Positions 51,338-64,000 of a stretch of DNA of 64,000 nucleotides are shown here, piece after piece. The notes beneath the pieces are model-generated. The model did no database searches, had not been told where the DNA came from, and saw nothing but the letters and a program-made list of their open reading frames with translations. This stretch comes from the human T2T-CHM13v2.0 reference genome, Homo sapiens. The DNA is taken from NCBI RefSeq assembly GCF_009914755.1, contig NC_060932.1, one strand, 5' to 3'. Made by a program: the position numbers and the translations under genes. The first letter of the stretch is position 1. Each line of letters opens with the position of its first letter.

Positions 51338-53699
51338 CTGTGAACAACAGAGCATCACACAGCTGTATTAATTGTGTGGCATGAAATTCAGAGCTGGCCT
51401 TCACATCTGCAGCTTTCCATTTACCAGCATGTATACACAAGTCAAGAACACTTACCTTCACTGAATGAGTCTTTAAAATAAATATTATGGGCTCACTGTT
51501 TATCACAATTTACATGAGCCAAATGTGGCCAAATTATAGCTCAGTTGTGTCTGCTGTCAGCAGCTGCAGCCCAAGGAAAGAAAGGATGGTAGGGAGGCAG
51601 GGGGAGCAGCTAAAGATCCTTCCGCACACATTATTTTTGAGCCAGCAGTACAAGAGCTTTTTTTCTTCTCTTCTTTTTTTTTCTTTTTGAATTTAGTTTC
51701 TCCGTGCTATCTATCAACGTCAGCTGCACCACAATGCAAAGAGGAAATACTAACAAAGAAATATGATTGTAGTCTGAACAAGGATGAAAGAGAAAAAGCT
51801 AGAGTTGAGTGTTTTACCCTTAGGGCAAGGATATTATTATACTATTTCTTAGCAAGTTTACATTAGGTCACAGTTTCACGGATGATCAAGTCTGCACCTT
51901 CAGACTCAACACCTTCAGGAAGAATGGTTTGGGGGATGCTTCAAAACATGGACAGTAAATGTGGTATTTTCAAATATATTCTACATGTAGCTATCTTCAA
52001 AAAAAAATATAGCAATTTAAATGCCATTCTAATTTCCTAATGTTCAGAATTAATTTTTGTGCTCATGCTCAAATGAGGTACTCAAAAGATACTCTCAGGC
52101 TTTCTTGCTTGAGCTTGGCAACTGAGCAATTATTCTACCTCTCACATAAACACTAATGCAGCACATGTAATTTTAAGCAAAAAGAGTAAAATGCAATCTT
52201 AGTATTACCACGATAAAATTACACAACAGAGAACATGTAGTAGTGTAACTTCAGTATCACTTTTTATAAAAGTACTTGAATTTCTACATGCTCACATATT
52301 AGGAAAGCTACTATAGTGGAAGTCAAGAGATTTCAATTCAGGTTCTGACTCTGCCACTAAACAGCTGAATGATCTCATGTGAATAACATAAGCTATCTGA
52401 ACCTTAGTACTCTAATCTGGAAAATGAGAAATTTTAAATGAATATCTTGCAGCTTTATATTTTACACAACTATTTCATATTTTGTAATGTAATGAGTCTA
52501 TGTATTTCACACATAATTTTCAGGTAAAATATTCCAAGCATGGTTTATTTAAGAAGTAATTTTGAAGTCTTAGGAGAATTGTCACTTGTTTGTTTTGCTC
52601 AACATTATCAATGCTGCAAATGTATGCCCAATCCACTGTCAACATAAAGTTGATGCTTTTTGGACAACATAAAACATAAATAACTAGATTCTTAAAATTT
52701 AGACAAGCCATATTAAAGCACTATGTTTTTGTAATTTTAACAAGAAACAATTTCATAATGTCAAGTTGTGAGTAAATAAAAATCATATGAATGTATTCAT
52801 GCTATGTCACACCAAGAAAATATAACACTTTATTTTGAATTGTACTCAACTGCAGAACAGAATCTTAAAACTCAACAGCATTGCTTTTAGAGGATTCCTT
52901 GCATAATTAGGGAAGAGATACTACAGAATATCCTAGACTGTTTTCATTGCTTAAGTTACTCTTAGGAGGCACATTAACTGTTCCAGGCACCAAGGTGGGA
53001 TTTTAAAATAATGATAATAATCCTGCCTTACATTGGTAAAATGCTTTACAGTTTACCAAGTGCTTTCACACAAATTGCCCACAGTGTACCTATAAGAGGT
53101 AAGACAAAGCCCAGTCTCATTCCTCACAGAAGGGAGCAGGTCTAAGACAAAGCCCCCTCTGATTTCCCATAAATTCCCATCCTTTCCATACCTGTCTTGT
53201 GAACACGTTTCAATCAAAATCTGTATATTTGATATTCCAGGATTATTTTCCATGTGTTTCTTTCCCATATTTCCATATTGAACTTACTGAACAGTTTAAG
53301 GTATTAAGAATGGTCAAGTTACATGAGCATGAAAGGTATTTCATTTGTAATTTTATTTCTGCTGAAGATGAAACTATTCTGTACTAAATTTCATGTTTGT
53401 TATTGTTTCCTGGGCTAAAAAGAAAAGACAGATTATTGAGAAGTCAAAACAGTCAGCATTCATCGACTTCAGGTAGATGCCTCCAGTAAAAAGACTACCA
53501 CTCAAAAATCAAAAAATCACAGCGAGCCGTGGACTTTATTTACAAATCCTCCAGTGCTTGCTAAATCAGTATAGTTGTTTCCAGATTTCTACATGTCAAT
53601 CCAAACCATGAAATATATGACATGACTGGGTCTACTGATATTTAGGAGCCTGGCTCTGGTAAACCTTTAATTCCCTTGCTGGACTTGATCTTTCATGGT

Positions 53700-53885
53700 T
53701 TATAAATAAGCCTGTCTCCATTATAGCACTCATCTAGTGGAATTGCAATTATTTCTCTACCTGTCTCCCCCGCTAGACTGTAGCTCCAAGAGAGACAGAA
53801 CCATGCCTTACTCTCTGGTTCTAGTCACATATGGCACTAATTAAATATTTTGAATGAATGAATAAAATGAATAAATGAATGAATG
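53700..53885 (+). mobile_element. L2 3' end
   Basis: ctgtctcccccgctagactgtagctcc...aaatattttgaatgaatgaa (TGAA)n tail. Confidence 0.7.
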
Positions 53886-56800
53886 TTGTTGATACAACTT
53901 TTGAATACTTGTAAACTCTGAGCTAGAATTAAGTAGACAGTTAAATGGTGGTGCTATCATTCAATCAACTAGAAAGCATCCACAAAATTTCTGGTCCTGA
54001 GCTTTATTTCAAATATCCTAAGAAACAGGCTTAAGCAAAACTGGTGACTTGATGTTTACCTATCCACCTACTTGCCTGCCTATCTACACACATAGAGAGC
54101 AACTAGTCACAAAACTGTACAGACCTACATATAAACATATATAGAGGTGAACTTAGAGGTGAACTTCTTAGAGGCTTTGTATAAACCTAGGAGTGGTTTC
54201 TAGAAAAGGAGTAGAAGACTATCCAGGTAGGCTAATCTAGGTATAGATTAGGGGGAAACACTGATGGAGGATTAGTGGAATGACATTTGTTTGGGGAGAT
54301 GTGTGGAGTACCAGAGGCAGGTGCCTTGGTGTCAGAGGTGTCCCTACAGACAGGTGCCATAAGTGTGGTGGCCATTACCAACCATCCCCAACACCTTGTA
54401 AAAGCAGGGAACTGGGTTAATCACTCACTTGTGCACCTACCCAAAATGGCCAAATCCTTTATTTACGCACTTTTGAGTCAATTATGATGGTGCCCTCCAG
54501 AGGAGGGGTGCCCCTTGGAGTTGTACACAGTGGAATCCTACCCTTCTATTCACCCCTGAAGTGAAATTTTCCTTCATAAAAAGACAAGGACTAAGAGGCA
54601 TCTAGGGCCCTGTCTACCAAGTCTAACATTCTGGGTTAGCTATTCACCCTAAGCATAGAGGAAAAGCCTCTTCCTGAAATGTACTGCATCAACTCCTTAA
54701 GTAGAAAAAAAGGGTCAACCAAAAAAAAATTGAGAAAAAGCTGCATAGTGTTAGGCTGGAGATGCATTTAATGATAGCCTGACTCTCCATATTTTGTAGC
54801 TGTATGAGACCATCTAAGAAGAGCAGAGAGTGGCATGCAGCCCCTTCCAAGGCCACCACAACACACAGGAGACAGGGTAGGGGCACCCACAGCTCCAGGT
54901 GGTAGAGCGCCTGACTGACATTCACAGTACCAAGCCAGATGCTTGCATGGGCATCTGTTGCTGAGCAGAATGGGCAGGTGGCATGAGGAACAGCAGAAGG
55001 CCTCCCAGACAACAAGGAAACAGGAGTGATGGCCACATTTGAATTGATCTTTCGAACACCTTAGGGAACTATGCCTTCTTCAGTCCTACCCTCAAAGAAA
55101 CCCAGCTAAGGAAAGTGGTGGAGGAGAACTCAGTCATGGTCTTTGCTGACCATGAATGAAGGGGATGCTTTAGAAAGCAAGATTTTGGACTGTTAATGAA
55201 AAGCTAATTTTGTTAGGTAGCCTCACCTGATACAGGAATAATGGAAGTTTTAGGAAGTGTCTTATATTTGCCACTCTAGGGAGAGTGGAGTGGAAAGGAG
55301 TTGAAATCAGTGTACACATCCTAGCAAATAAACTATGGCAATAAATGTTAGATTTAGGTACTGATCTAACAGACTCTGCAGAAAACATTAAATTGAGACT
55401 ATAATCTGACAAACATTTGCAAACATATAAAATCCCCCTTGGGAGCCCAGAAGCCTTGGGAAGTTGGGCCACTGGTGATGACATTGTAATTATACTGCTA
55501 AGAGTTCAGAGGTGCATATTTGGAAGTGATATTTTATGCCCTATTGCAATCCATAAGCCTATTAATTTTCAAAATACAGAATAGCTTTAAACACAGAAAC
55601 TTTAAAGTACATAAAATAAAAAAAAAATCTATTCTGTGCATTCCTGCCATAATTTAAACTCTCCCTGGGCTGCCAATCTTTCTTCCCAATTCTACAAACA
55701 ACCCCTACTCCTTAGAAAAGAAAAAAAATATGCAAGAGATCTGAGCTTAAAGTTTTCCCAGGTTCAGTTAAATCCATATTCACTCTATACAGACCCATCA
55801 TTCTTATTCTCTCCATCAGCTAAAGCCAGGCAATTGACAAAATAAGCAATAGCACCCCATTGTACAGGTAAACCTTATCTTATTATTATTTTAGTTCTAG
55901 CTCATCACAAACATCCTGGCTATTTTTAGAACAAAAGATTGGGAGAAGAAAAGTTGGAAAAAGTGTAGATTATGGTGACATGAAGCAGACAGAGAAAGGG
56001 TCAAGCCAGGCAGGCCATGGGGACAGACTTCCCAGGTTGAAGAAAAATAGGGTGGGTCTGGGAGTGGGAGGTAATATGCTTGGGAAGAAAACAATATTTA
56101 TTTTTTATTTCATACATGACATGTATTTTAATTTTTCCTGCTGATTTTGAAAAATGGGTTATATTTTGGATGCCATATTTTTCATCTCTAATGAACCAGA
56201 GACCCATCAGATACTGGAAATAACTTGTGGCTCCTTGGATGAAAGAATATTTTCATTACAACACACCATCACTTTACTCTTTGCCTTCTCACCAAGTGTT
56301 GAGTTTTCTAACATTCCTGAGAAGCAGAAGGAAACTAGTGACTGAACATTGCTTTACAGAAAAGAAAAGGGCTATTCTGAAATAAGTCCCCAGAAGACTA
56401 CAACTGCAGATTGAATAAACATATCAAATCAAGGGGTTTCTAAGAAAATTTACAAACAGAAGCCTGCAGTGAAATGAACCGTTGGATAAATGACCTCCAG
56501 AGCCCTACTCAACTCACTACTTCATGGCTCCAGAAGCCACAAGGTGCCATGTCTGTCACCTCTTCTGTGCTTTCTTTGCCTTCCTAAGGAATTTGGTTAT
56601 ATCAAAGAAACAGAGATTGGGTGTACTCAGATGAGTCAGACTCAGAAACCATATACTCATCAGTCTTTCAAACAGTGAAAAGGGGTATATCCCAACCACT
56701 GAAGATGTTAATGAAAAACAAGTTGGTCTTTACCTTGGTGAAAGTCTTAGTTGTAGATGTGGTTTCTACAGAAGTAAATGTATACACCAATACCTTTTTA

Positions 56801-57565
56801 TAGGTTTTCCACTCATTTACTGGTACTGCTGATTTAAAGTTTTAAGGATGAAGCCTGTTTATAAAGAATAGACAGGCATCAAAGTAAATATGATCAAATT
56901 TCTGCTTCTACCATATGTGACTTCCTTCTAACTTCAGATGAAAAATGCAAGGCAAGTAGAAAGTCAAATGAACTGATGCTAATTAGAATGATGACATGCT
57001 TATTTGGTAAGGAAAATTGAATTCAATCTATATTTTCAAGAACATTAAACCTACAAATTATTTTAATATAGTACTTACTATGTGAACAACATTAAGAAAA
57101 CTCTAAATAAGTGACAATTGATTATGATTGATGGCACACCCATAAGGGATTTGAGAAAGTGGTATGTACACAGCTTGAGAACCACAGTCCTATAAAGCCT
57201 GTTTGTAACGAGGAAATTCAGGCAATCAAAAGAAAATCATTTAAAACATAATCTAATTGCACATAGGAAGCTTTGCAATTTTACTAGGGTGATATATTGA
57301 TTCTGCTGCATGCACTGAATTTAGGGCATTGCTAGTCTTCTTCAAACGTTGTTTTGATACAATATATCACAGAAACAGCTTCTCAGCCTACTAAGTCTAC
57401 AGGATCAGTTTTAAAATAACAAGCTGCAAACAACTGGCAGCAAACAAAACTGGCTCCACTCAGTTATTATTTTTGCTGTCCAAATTAATGACTACACCTA
57501 AATGATGAATTTTCTTACTTTATTCAAAAGGAGAAGAGATACAAAATATCTACTCCTTTACTTTT

Positions 57566-58672
57566 TTAAACTTTAAATTTAGGGCTATATGTGCAGGTTT
57601 GTTATATAGGTAAATCTGTGTCATGGGGGTTTGTTGTACTTATTTCATCACCTAGGTATTAAGCCTAGTACCCATCAGTCATTTTTCCTGATCTTCTCTC
57701 TCCTACCACCCTTCACCCTCCGATAGACTCCAGGGTGTGTTGTTCCCCTTTATGTATCCATGTGTTCTTATCATTCAGCACCCACTTACAAGTGAGAACA
57801 TGCACTATTTGGTTTTCTGTTTCTGCCTTAGTTTGCTAAGTATAATGGCCTCCAGCTCCATTATATTGCAAAGGATGTGACCTTATTCTTTTCTTGGCTG
57901 CATAGTATTCCAAGGTGTATATGTATCACATTTTCTTTATCCAGTCTACCACTGATGGGAATTTATGTTGATTTCATGTCTTTGCTATTGTAAATAGTGC
58001 TGCACTGAACATACACGTGCATGTGTCTTTAAAATAGAACGATTTACATTCTCTTGGGTATATTCCCAGTAATGGGATTCCTGGGTCAAATGGTATTTCT
58101 GTTTTTCAGTCTTTGAGGAATTGCCACACTGTCTTCCACAATGGTTGAACTCATTTATATTCCCACCTACAGAGTATAAGCATTCCTTTTTCTCTGCAAC
58201 CTCACCAGCATTCGTTATTTTCTGACTTTTTAATAATAACCATCTGACTGGTATGAGATGGTATCTCATTGTGGTTTTGACTTGCATTTCTCTAATGATC
58301 AATGATGTTGAGCTTTTCTTCATATGATTTTTGGCTACATGTATGTCTTTGGAAAGTGTCTGTTCATGTCCTTTGCCCACTTTTTAATGGGGTTTTTTTT
58401 CTTGTAAATTTGTTTAAGTTCCTTATAGATGCTGGATATTAGACTTTTGTCAGATTCATAGTTTGCAGACATTTTTTTCCCATTCTGTAGATTGTCTGTT
58501 CACTCTGTTGACAGTTTCCTTTGCTGTGCAGAAGCTCTCTAGATCCCACTTGTTGCTTTTGTTGCAATTGCTTTTGGTGTCTTCCTCATGAAATCTTTGC
58601 CCCTTCATATGTCCAGAATGGTGTTGCCTAGGTTGTCTTCCAGGGTTTTTATAGTTTTGGGTTTTACATTTA
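57566..58672 (-). mobile_element. 5'-truncated L1P (L1PA15/16 or L1PB-like), 1.1 kb, TSD TCCTTTACTTTT
   Basis: TSD at 57554-57565 and 58673-58684; the decayed ORF2 C-terminus explains the 57985-58380 ORF. Confidence 0.88.
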
Positions 58673-60921
58673 TCCTTTACTTTTATCTAGAAAGATCTAC
58701 CACCAAACACCTCCTAATATGTTAAAAATATACCACAACAACTTGTCCATGATGGAAAGCAAACAGTGGTTACCTGGAGCAGAGGTTGGGGGGTGATGAA
58801 CTGCAGAGTGGCCTGAGGGAACTTTTTGGGGTATTGAAAGTGTACTGTATCTCAAGGGTAGTGTTTACATGGGTGTACATGATTGTCAAAATTCATTGAG
58901 CTGTAAGCTTAACAAAGTTGAGTTTTAAAAATATGCCACGACTTACATTCCTAAAATTATCAACCTTTTTTTCCCAGTACCATCAAGGAGGTAAGAAACT
59001 ATAGTTTAGTTTCTGATAGATGGTGACTGCCTTCTTCACTGGGTATAATATCTAGCCTTTGCCCCTCTAAATTAAACATGATGTTAGTGCTGATCTCTTT
59101 TTAGCTGTTTATCCACCAATATCCCTCTCAAATGCAGGTGAGATTTATTCCTACTTGAGTAAATTATATAGTTCAACATCCAACAATATTCATTTTTAGG
59201 TGTAGAAATGAAGAAGGGGCTGAAAAACATATCCTTGCTTTAAGAGATGAGGATTAGGAAACATATAATGTTCTTTAATATTAAGATTCAATTGATATGT
59301 CAGTAATTGATATGATCCCACAGCATTAATTTTTTTAGTATTTAATCAGGAATGAGAAAATAAATGCCCTCCTGCTCTACTCCAACACCCATCTCCAACC
59401 TGTGACAACCACAACTCAAGTTTAGCAAAGCAGTTCCCTCATTTCCTGGATGCTGACTCTTACTTTTCATTGCTTCTTGACCAGAGTAAGGATTGCCTGA
59501 TGGAATCAGACTGCAGGACTGCAGTCTCAGGGGCCAAAAAAAGAAAAATAAAAAGACAGTAATGGAGAAATCATTAAGCTGTCAGAAAAGAGGCACTGAC
59601 TCAGGGTTTCTTTGACTTTCACTCTTTCCTTTCCTTAAAACCAAAGGGCAACTCATATTAGAGCAAAGCTAGAAAGGTTCAAGAAATCGGTCTCCCCTCA
59701 ATACTATGAGAAAAGAGTTAATGGGTGGTATAAGGTGATAGAAATATACATGGCAAAGGATGTTGTGATGGGGTCACAGAAGGAAGTCAGGGAATTCAAA
59801 TTTCTATCTAGGGCAGGAATCATCTGAAACATCCTTGGCAGATAGCCAATCTGCTTTTGCATGAATACTTCTGGGAACAGAAACTCACCTCCTGAAAGCT
59901 TCTGAAAGACTAACCTTCCAGCTCTGGACAAGTTTGTTAAGCCACGTAGTCCAGCACCGGAAAGTTTAGTCTTTAGGAGGCTTTTCCTTATACTAAGCTG
60001 AAATAGAATCATCAAAGCCCTCTTCTCTAAGGTCAATTTTTCTTCTGCACCAACACAATATTTCAACATCCTCCTATACAAAATGATCCTTGAAATATTT
60101 GAAGATTACAATCTTTCCTAAAGGCTCTGCTCTCTAGGATTGAAACCTGACTGTACATCTTTTTTAAATGAGTTACTTACTTAACTTTCTGATCCCCCTC
60201 CAAAGGACCTACCTGTTGGTCAATGACCCCTGGATCTGAACACCATTGGCACTTACTGAGCTTAGGGATATTCAAATTCTTCTGCAAATGGCCTGTTTTC
60301 AAGTCGTAATTCTGCTGTTCTATATTTGGGAAACTGATTCATTTCTGTGAAATTCTCATCTTGCTAGTTTCTGCCTATCATTCAGGCTCACTCAGATTCT
60401 CTTTGACTCATGATTCCATGAGCCAATGACAGGGATATCCATTCCAGCCTTGTGTAATATGCCAACCTAAAAATCATCACTTTAGCTTTCTTCTTTCAAG
60501 TCACAGATAGAAATGATGAATGGGAGAAAGCTAAAAGCAGAGCCAGTCTGGATGAGTAAAAGGGTAGACTGAAAACTCAGTGCAGGAGGGTAGGGATTTG
60601 AGTCTGTAACTCTGGCACTTATCAACTCTATAATCTTGGAAATATTAACCAGTCTGAACCTGCTTTTTCATCAGTACAATGGCATTAATGCCATCTAATA
60701 GGATGGAAAATACTGACGATGCACCCTACACATAGTACATGCTCAATAAATAACTGTGAGTGTATAAGCACTTCATAAAGGATAAAAGGTCATAAAACCA
60801 TAATGCAATATACTCAGTTGTCTACTTTTTATATCCAAAAAGAAACAGCTAGATCACGTAAGTCAATTTTCTAAGAAAAATTAGACACTTTCAGGCATTG
60901 CATTTCAGGTTACTAAGATAA

Positions 60922-61348
<427 letters not shown>

Positions 61349-62000
61349 TTTTTTCCCTATCTTAATTCGCACTTTTCTCTGCTTTCTCTGCAAGGCCTTC
61401 ACAAATTCCAAATGGTGACACAAGTTACACTGTGCTCTCTCTTGATCAAGGAACAGGTCTAATTTAGTTTCATTTTGTCTGACATCCATCCCTGTTCAAA
61501 CCTAGCCCCAGATACCATCCCAGCACATCAGTGTCTACCCTAGGTCTCTCCTGCTCACCTGCAGCTACCCCAGACTACTCCAGATGCCCCTAGTGCCAAC
61601 AACTCTCCACCTGGCCAATGCCCCTTCCACCCAGAGTCCTACCTGGTCTCCAAGTCTCATTCAAGCCACTCCGCCAGGAAGCCTTGCACACCTATTTTTT
61701 TCCCCATCCGAGTACCAGTCACATTGGATCACAATTGTCCATCAGACTGCTTGCTCTTTCAATGCAGAAACAATTTTTATCCATGTAACAAAATGTCTGG
61801 TACAATGCACATTTTCCAATAGTAGCTGAATGAACAACTCAAAGGAGAGACCCAGGACATTGAAGGTGTTGGTGTCTCTGAACAAAATGGAAGAATGCCT
61901 TCATTGACCAACATGGACATCCTGCTGTTACATTATTCCTGCACTTTGCACTCATAGCCAGGATCCTCTGTGCTTAGTAGACACTTTCTACTGATTCTTA

Positions 62001-62292
62001 TTTTTTTTTTTTTTTTGAACGCTCTGTCGCCCAGGCTAGACTGCAGTGGCGCAATCTCGGCTCACTGCAACCTCCAACCTCCCTGGTTCAGACAATTCCC
62101 CTGCCTCAGCCTCCCGAGTAGCTGGGATTACAGGCGCCAGCCACCACGCCTGGCTAATTTTTGTGTATTTTTAGTAGAGACGGGGCTTCACCATGTTGGC
62201 CAGACTGGTCTCAAACTCCTGACCTCAGGCAGTCTGCCCTCCTGGGCCTCCCACAGTGCTGGGATTACAAGCGTGAGCCACAACGCCTGGCC
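62001..62292 (-). mobile_element. AluS
   Basis: Poly-T, ccatgttggccagactggtctcaaactcctgacctcagg; GATTCTT flanking duplication. Confidence 0.9.
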
Positions 62293-63003
62293 CGATTCTT
62301 TTGAATATATAATCAATTCACGCTTCATGACACATTTCAGTCACTCTCCCACTGGAATTTTTTAAAGAAGCCTTCACTTTTATGAGATGATTTACCTACC
62401 TAGCATTAGTCGGTCTTGCTACCACAACAACAAAAGTCTGGTGGGCCTTAATTACCATAAAGAAAACGATGAAAAGTGTTTACACAGCGGGCATTATTCC
62501 CACCCACCCGTCCCCAACCCTCATAAAAGCAGAGATCTTGTTTATTTTTCTTTGCTTTCCTAATTATTCACAGAAATAATAATTCTCCGAAAGCAGACCC
62601 CTCCAATTTACCTCTACTTCTTTTAACTCGCCTCTTTGACTTGGACCAATCAAACCACTTTTGGCCAAAGGAAAGGCCTGGGCCAGAAAGCGCTAAAACT
62701 AAGTATCTGCCTGCCTGGGCTGCCCTCCAGATGTTTCCCATTACTGGAGCTTCGAGCTCACGCACATGTCTAAGATGGCAATCACAACATCATATCAGGC
62801 CAAGAGGACCCTCCCCTCCGTCCCCCGACGTCCCAATCAGTTACCACCTCCCCGAAGGAAAACAAACCGGCCCTTGACACATCCCTCCACGTGCAGCGCC
62901 CGACGCCACGGGCCTTGGGCGGCTGCACCTCTCCCCTGCCGGCCACGGCTCAAGGCCCCATTATTGCGCGCACCCAGCTCCCTTCCAGGTGACTTTCGCG
63001 TAC

Positions 63004-63190
63004 CTGGCGGCGGCGCCCTAGGCCTCGGAGGCTGCCCGGGCGGGCTGGGGCTCGGGCGGCGCTCGCTGAGAGTCGCGGCGCCCCTCAGCCGCTTCCCGGG
63101 CGCCGATCGCCGCCCTCCTGCCCCGGGGTGGGGCCCAGGGGCATCAGCAGCCGCGGGCTCTCGGCCGCCGCCTGGGAACTCAGGGTCAGA
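63004..63190 (-). other. Candidate non-coding first exon (proximal); 5' boundary uncertain
   Basis: Minus-strand donor CAG|GTACGC at 63004, just downstream of the GC boxes and X-box-like motif. Confidence 0.5.
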
Positions 63191-63352
63191 TTTAGTTTCA
63201 CAACAACGTCTCCTCGTCACGGCAACCCAACTGGAGGCAGAAGCCGGCGGGGCGGCCGAGCGGGGCGGGGCGGGAGCGCGGCCGCCGCGAGCCACGGTGG
63301 GGAGCGGGCGCGGGGGACCCTGGCGGGCCCCGGGCAGCGCGGCTGCACTTAC

Positions 63353-63600
63353 TTGTGTCACAACTGCTGCGACGGGGGGCTGAGGAACCGGTTCTTCCAA
63401 AAGCAAACCGAAAATGGGTAACAGAGAGGCCGGGGCAGCGCTAAGAGGGGTTCTGCCTCGGTGTTTAGGGCAAAAAACCCGGCTCCGGCTTCCAGAAATT
63501 CGAGCCAGCGGTGGCTTTTTCTTTCTTTCCTCTCTAAACGCTCCTGTGCCTCCGGGTCGAGGGGCGCCCTTCGCGCGGCTCCGAGTGCACAGCGACACCA
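63353..63600 (-). other. Candidate first exon (distal); 5' boundary uncertain
   Basis: Strong minus-strand donor CAA|GTAAGT at 63353 inside the CpG island. Confidence 0.6.
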
Positions 63601-64000
63601 GGGCTGGCGCTGGAGAGGGGAGCCCTCTTCCCAGCACCCCTCGGGTCTCCCCCGTACCCCCACCCACAGCCCCTTTCCTGGGCCCGACGCCCCTCCGCTC
63701 TGCAGCCGGAGCCTGGGCCTGGTGCCCACTGCCCCGCGGGGTGTCTCGGACGCCTGGCCCCTGCAGCGTTTTCTACGGAGAGGCCTCAGAAACAGAAGGA
63801 GGGGGTGGTGGGTTAGTTCTGTCACCGCGAGGAAGCTAGGTGTGCATGGGGAGGTCCTGAAGGGGAGGATGGGTGGAGTGATTTGGTGATTTGGGGCGAG
63901 GGGCTGTAGGTTGGATGTAAAGGAATATTCAGTCAGCCTGAAACTTATTAAAACATCTGGGATTCAAATACCTTTAGAAGTGATCTTAAAGGTATGTATT

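Larger units (their letters stand above)
62880..63830. promoter_or_regulatory. CpG island promoter with GC boxes and an RFX-like motif
   Basis: Abrupt GC/CpG-rich block in AT-rich background; GGGGCGGGGCGGG near 63262; CTCGTCACGGCAAC at 63213-63226. Confidence 0.92.

Noticed and set aside
54290-54545. GC-richer segment, possibly a hAT/MER91-like fossil
   Set aside because: Could not assign a family or boundaries with confidence.
57985-58380. 131-aa ORF resembling a protein C-terminus
   Set aside because: Frameshifted remnant of L1 ORF2 within a truncated L1P.
62766-63889. Several long overlapping ORFs (97-276 aa) on both strands
   Set aside because: Low-complexity G/P/A/R translations expected from stop-poor CpG-island DNA; no recognisable domain.

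Overview
Human/primate intronic DNA, not prokaryotic. The window holds the 5' end of a minus-strand gene. Its CpG-island promoter (~62.9-63.8 kb) has two candidate first-exon donors (63353, 63004). A 105-nt exon (51233-51337) encodes MEDPRGINGQS, which resembles the first coding exon of EYA4 (MEDSQDLNEQS) and most likely marks the far-upstream long isoform of EYA1. The remaining ~51 kb is one large intron. At the left edge, in the same orientation as the gene, is the 5' ~2.46 kb of a young L1HS with Ta-1d-type diagnostics: essentially complete 5'UTR, intact ORF1 (with N142T), open ORF2 start and intact antisense ORF0. Also present are a pristine AluYa5 with TSDs, older Alus, L1M/L1P, MaLR LTRs and DNA-transposon fossils. 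Local structural oddities include fold-back hairpins, a 23-nt templated-looking duplication and two minisatellites. I found no convincing new multi-gene system. Repeat subfamily and gene names come from recalled consensus sequences, not database searches.
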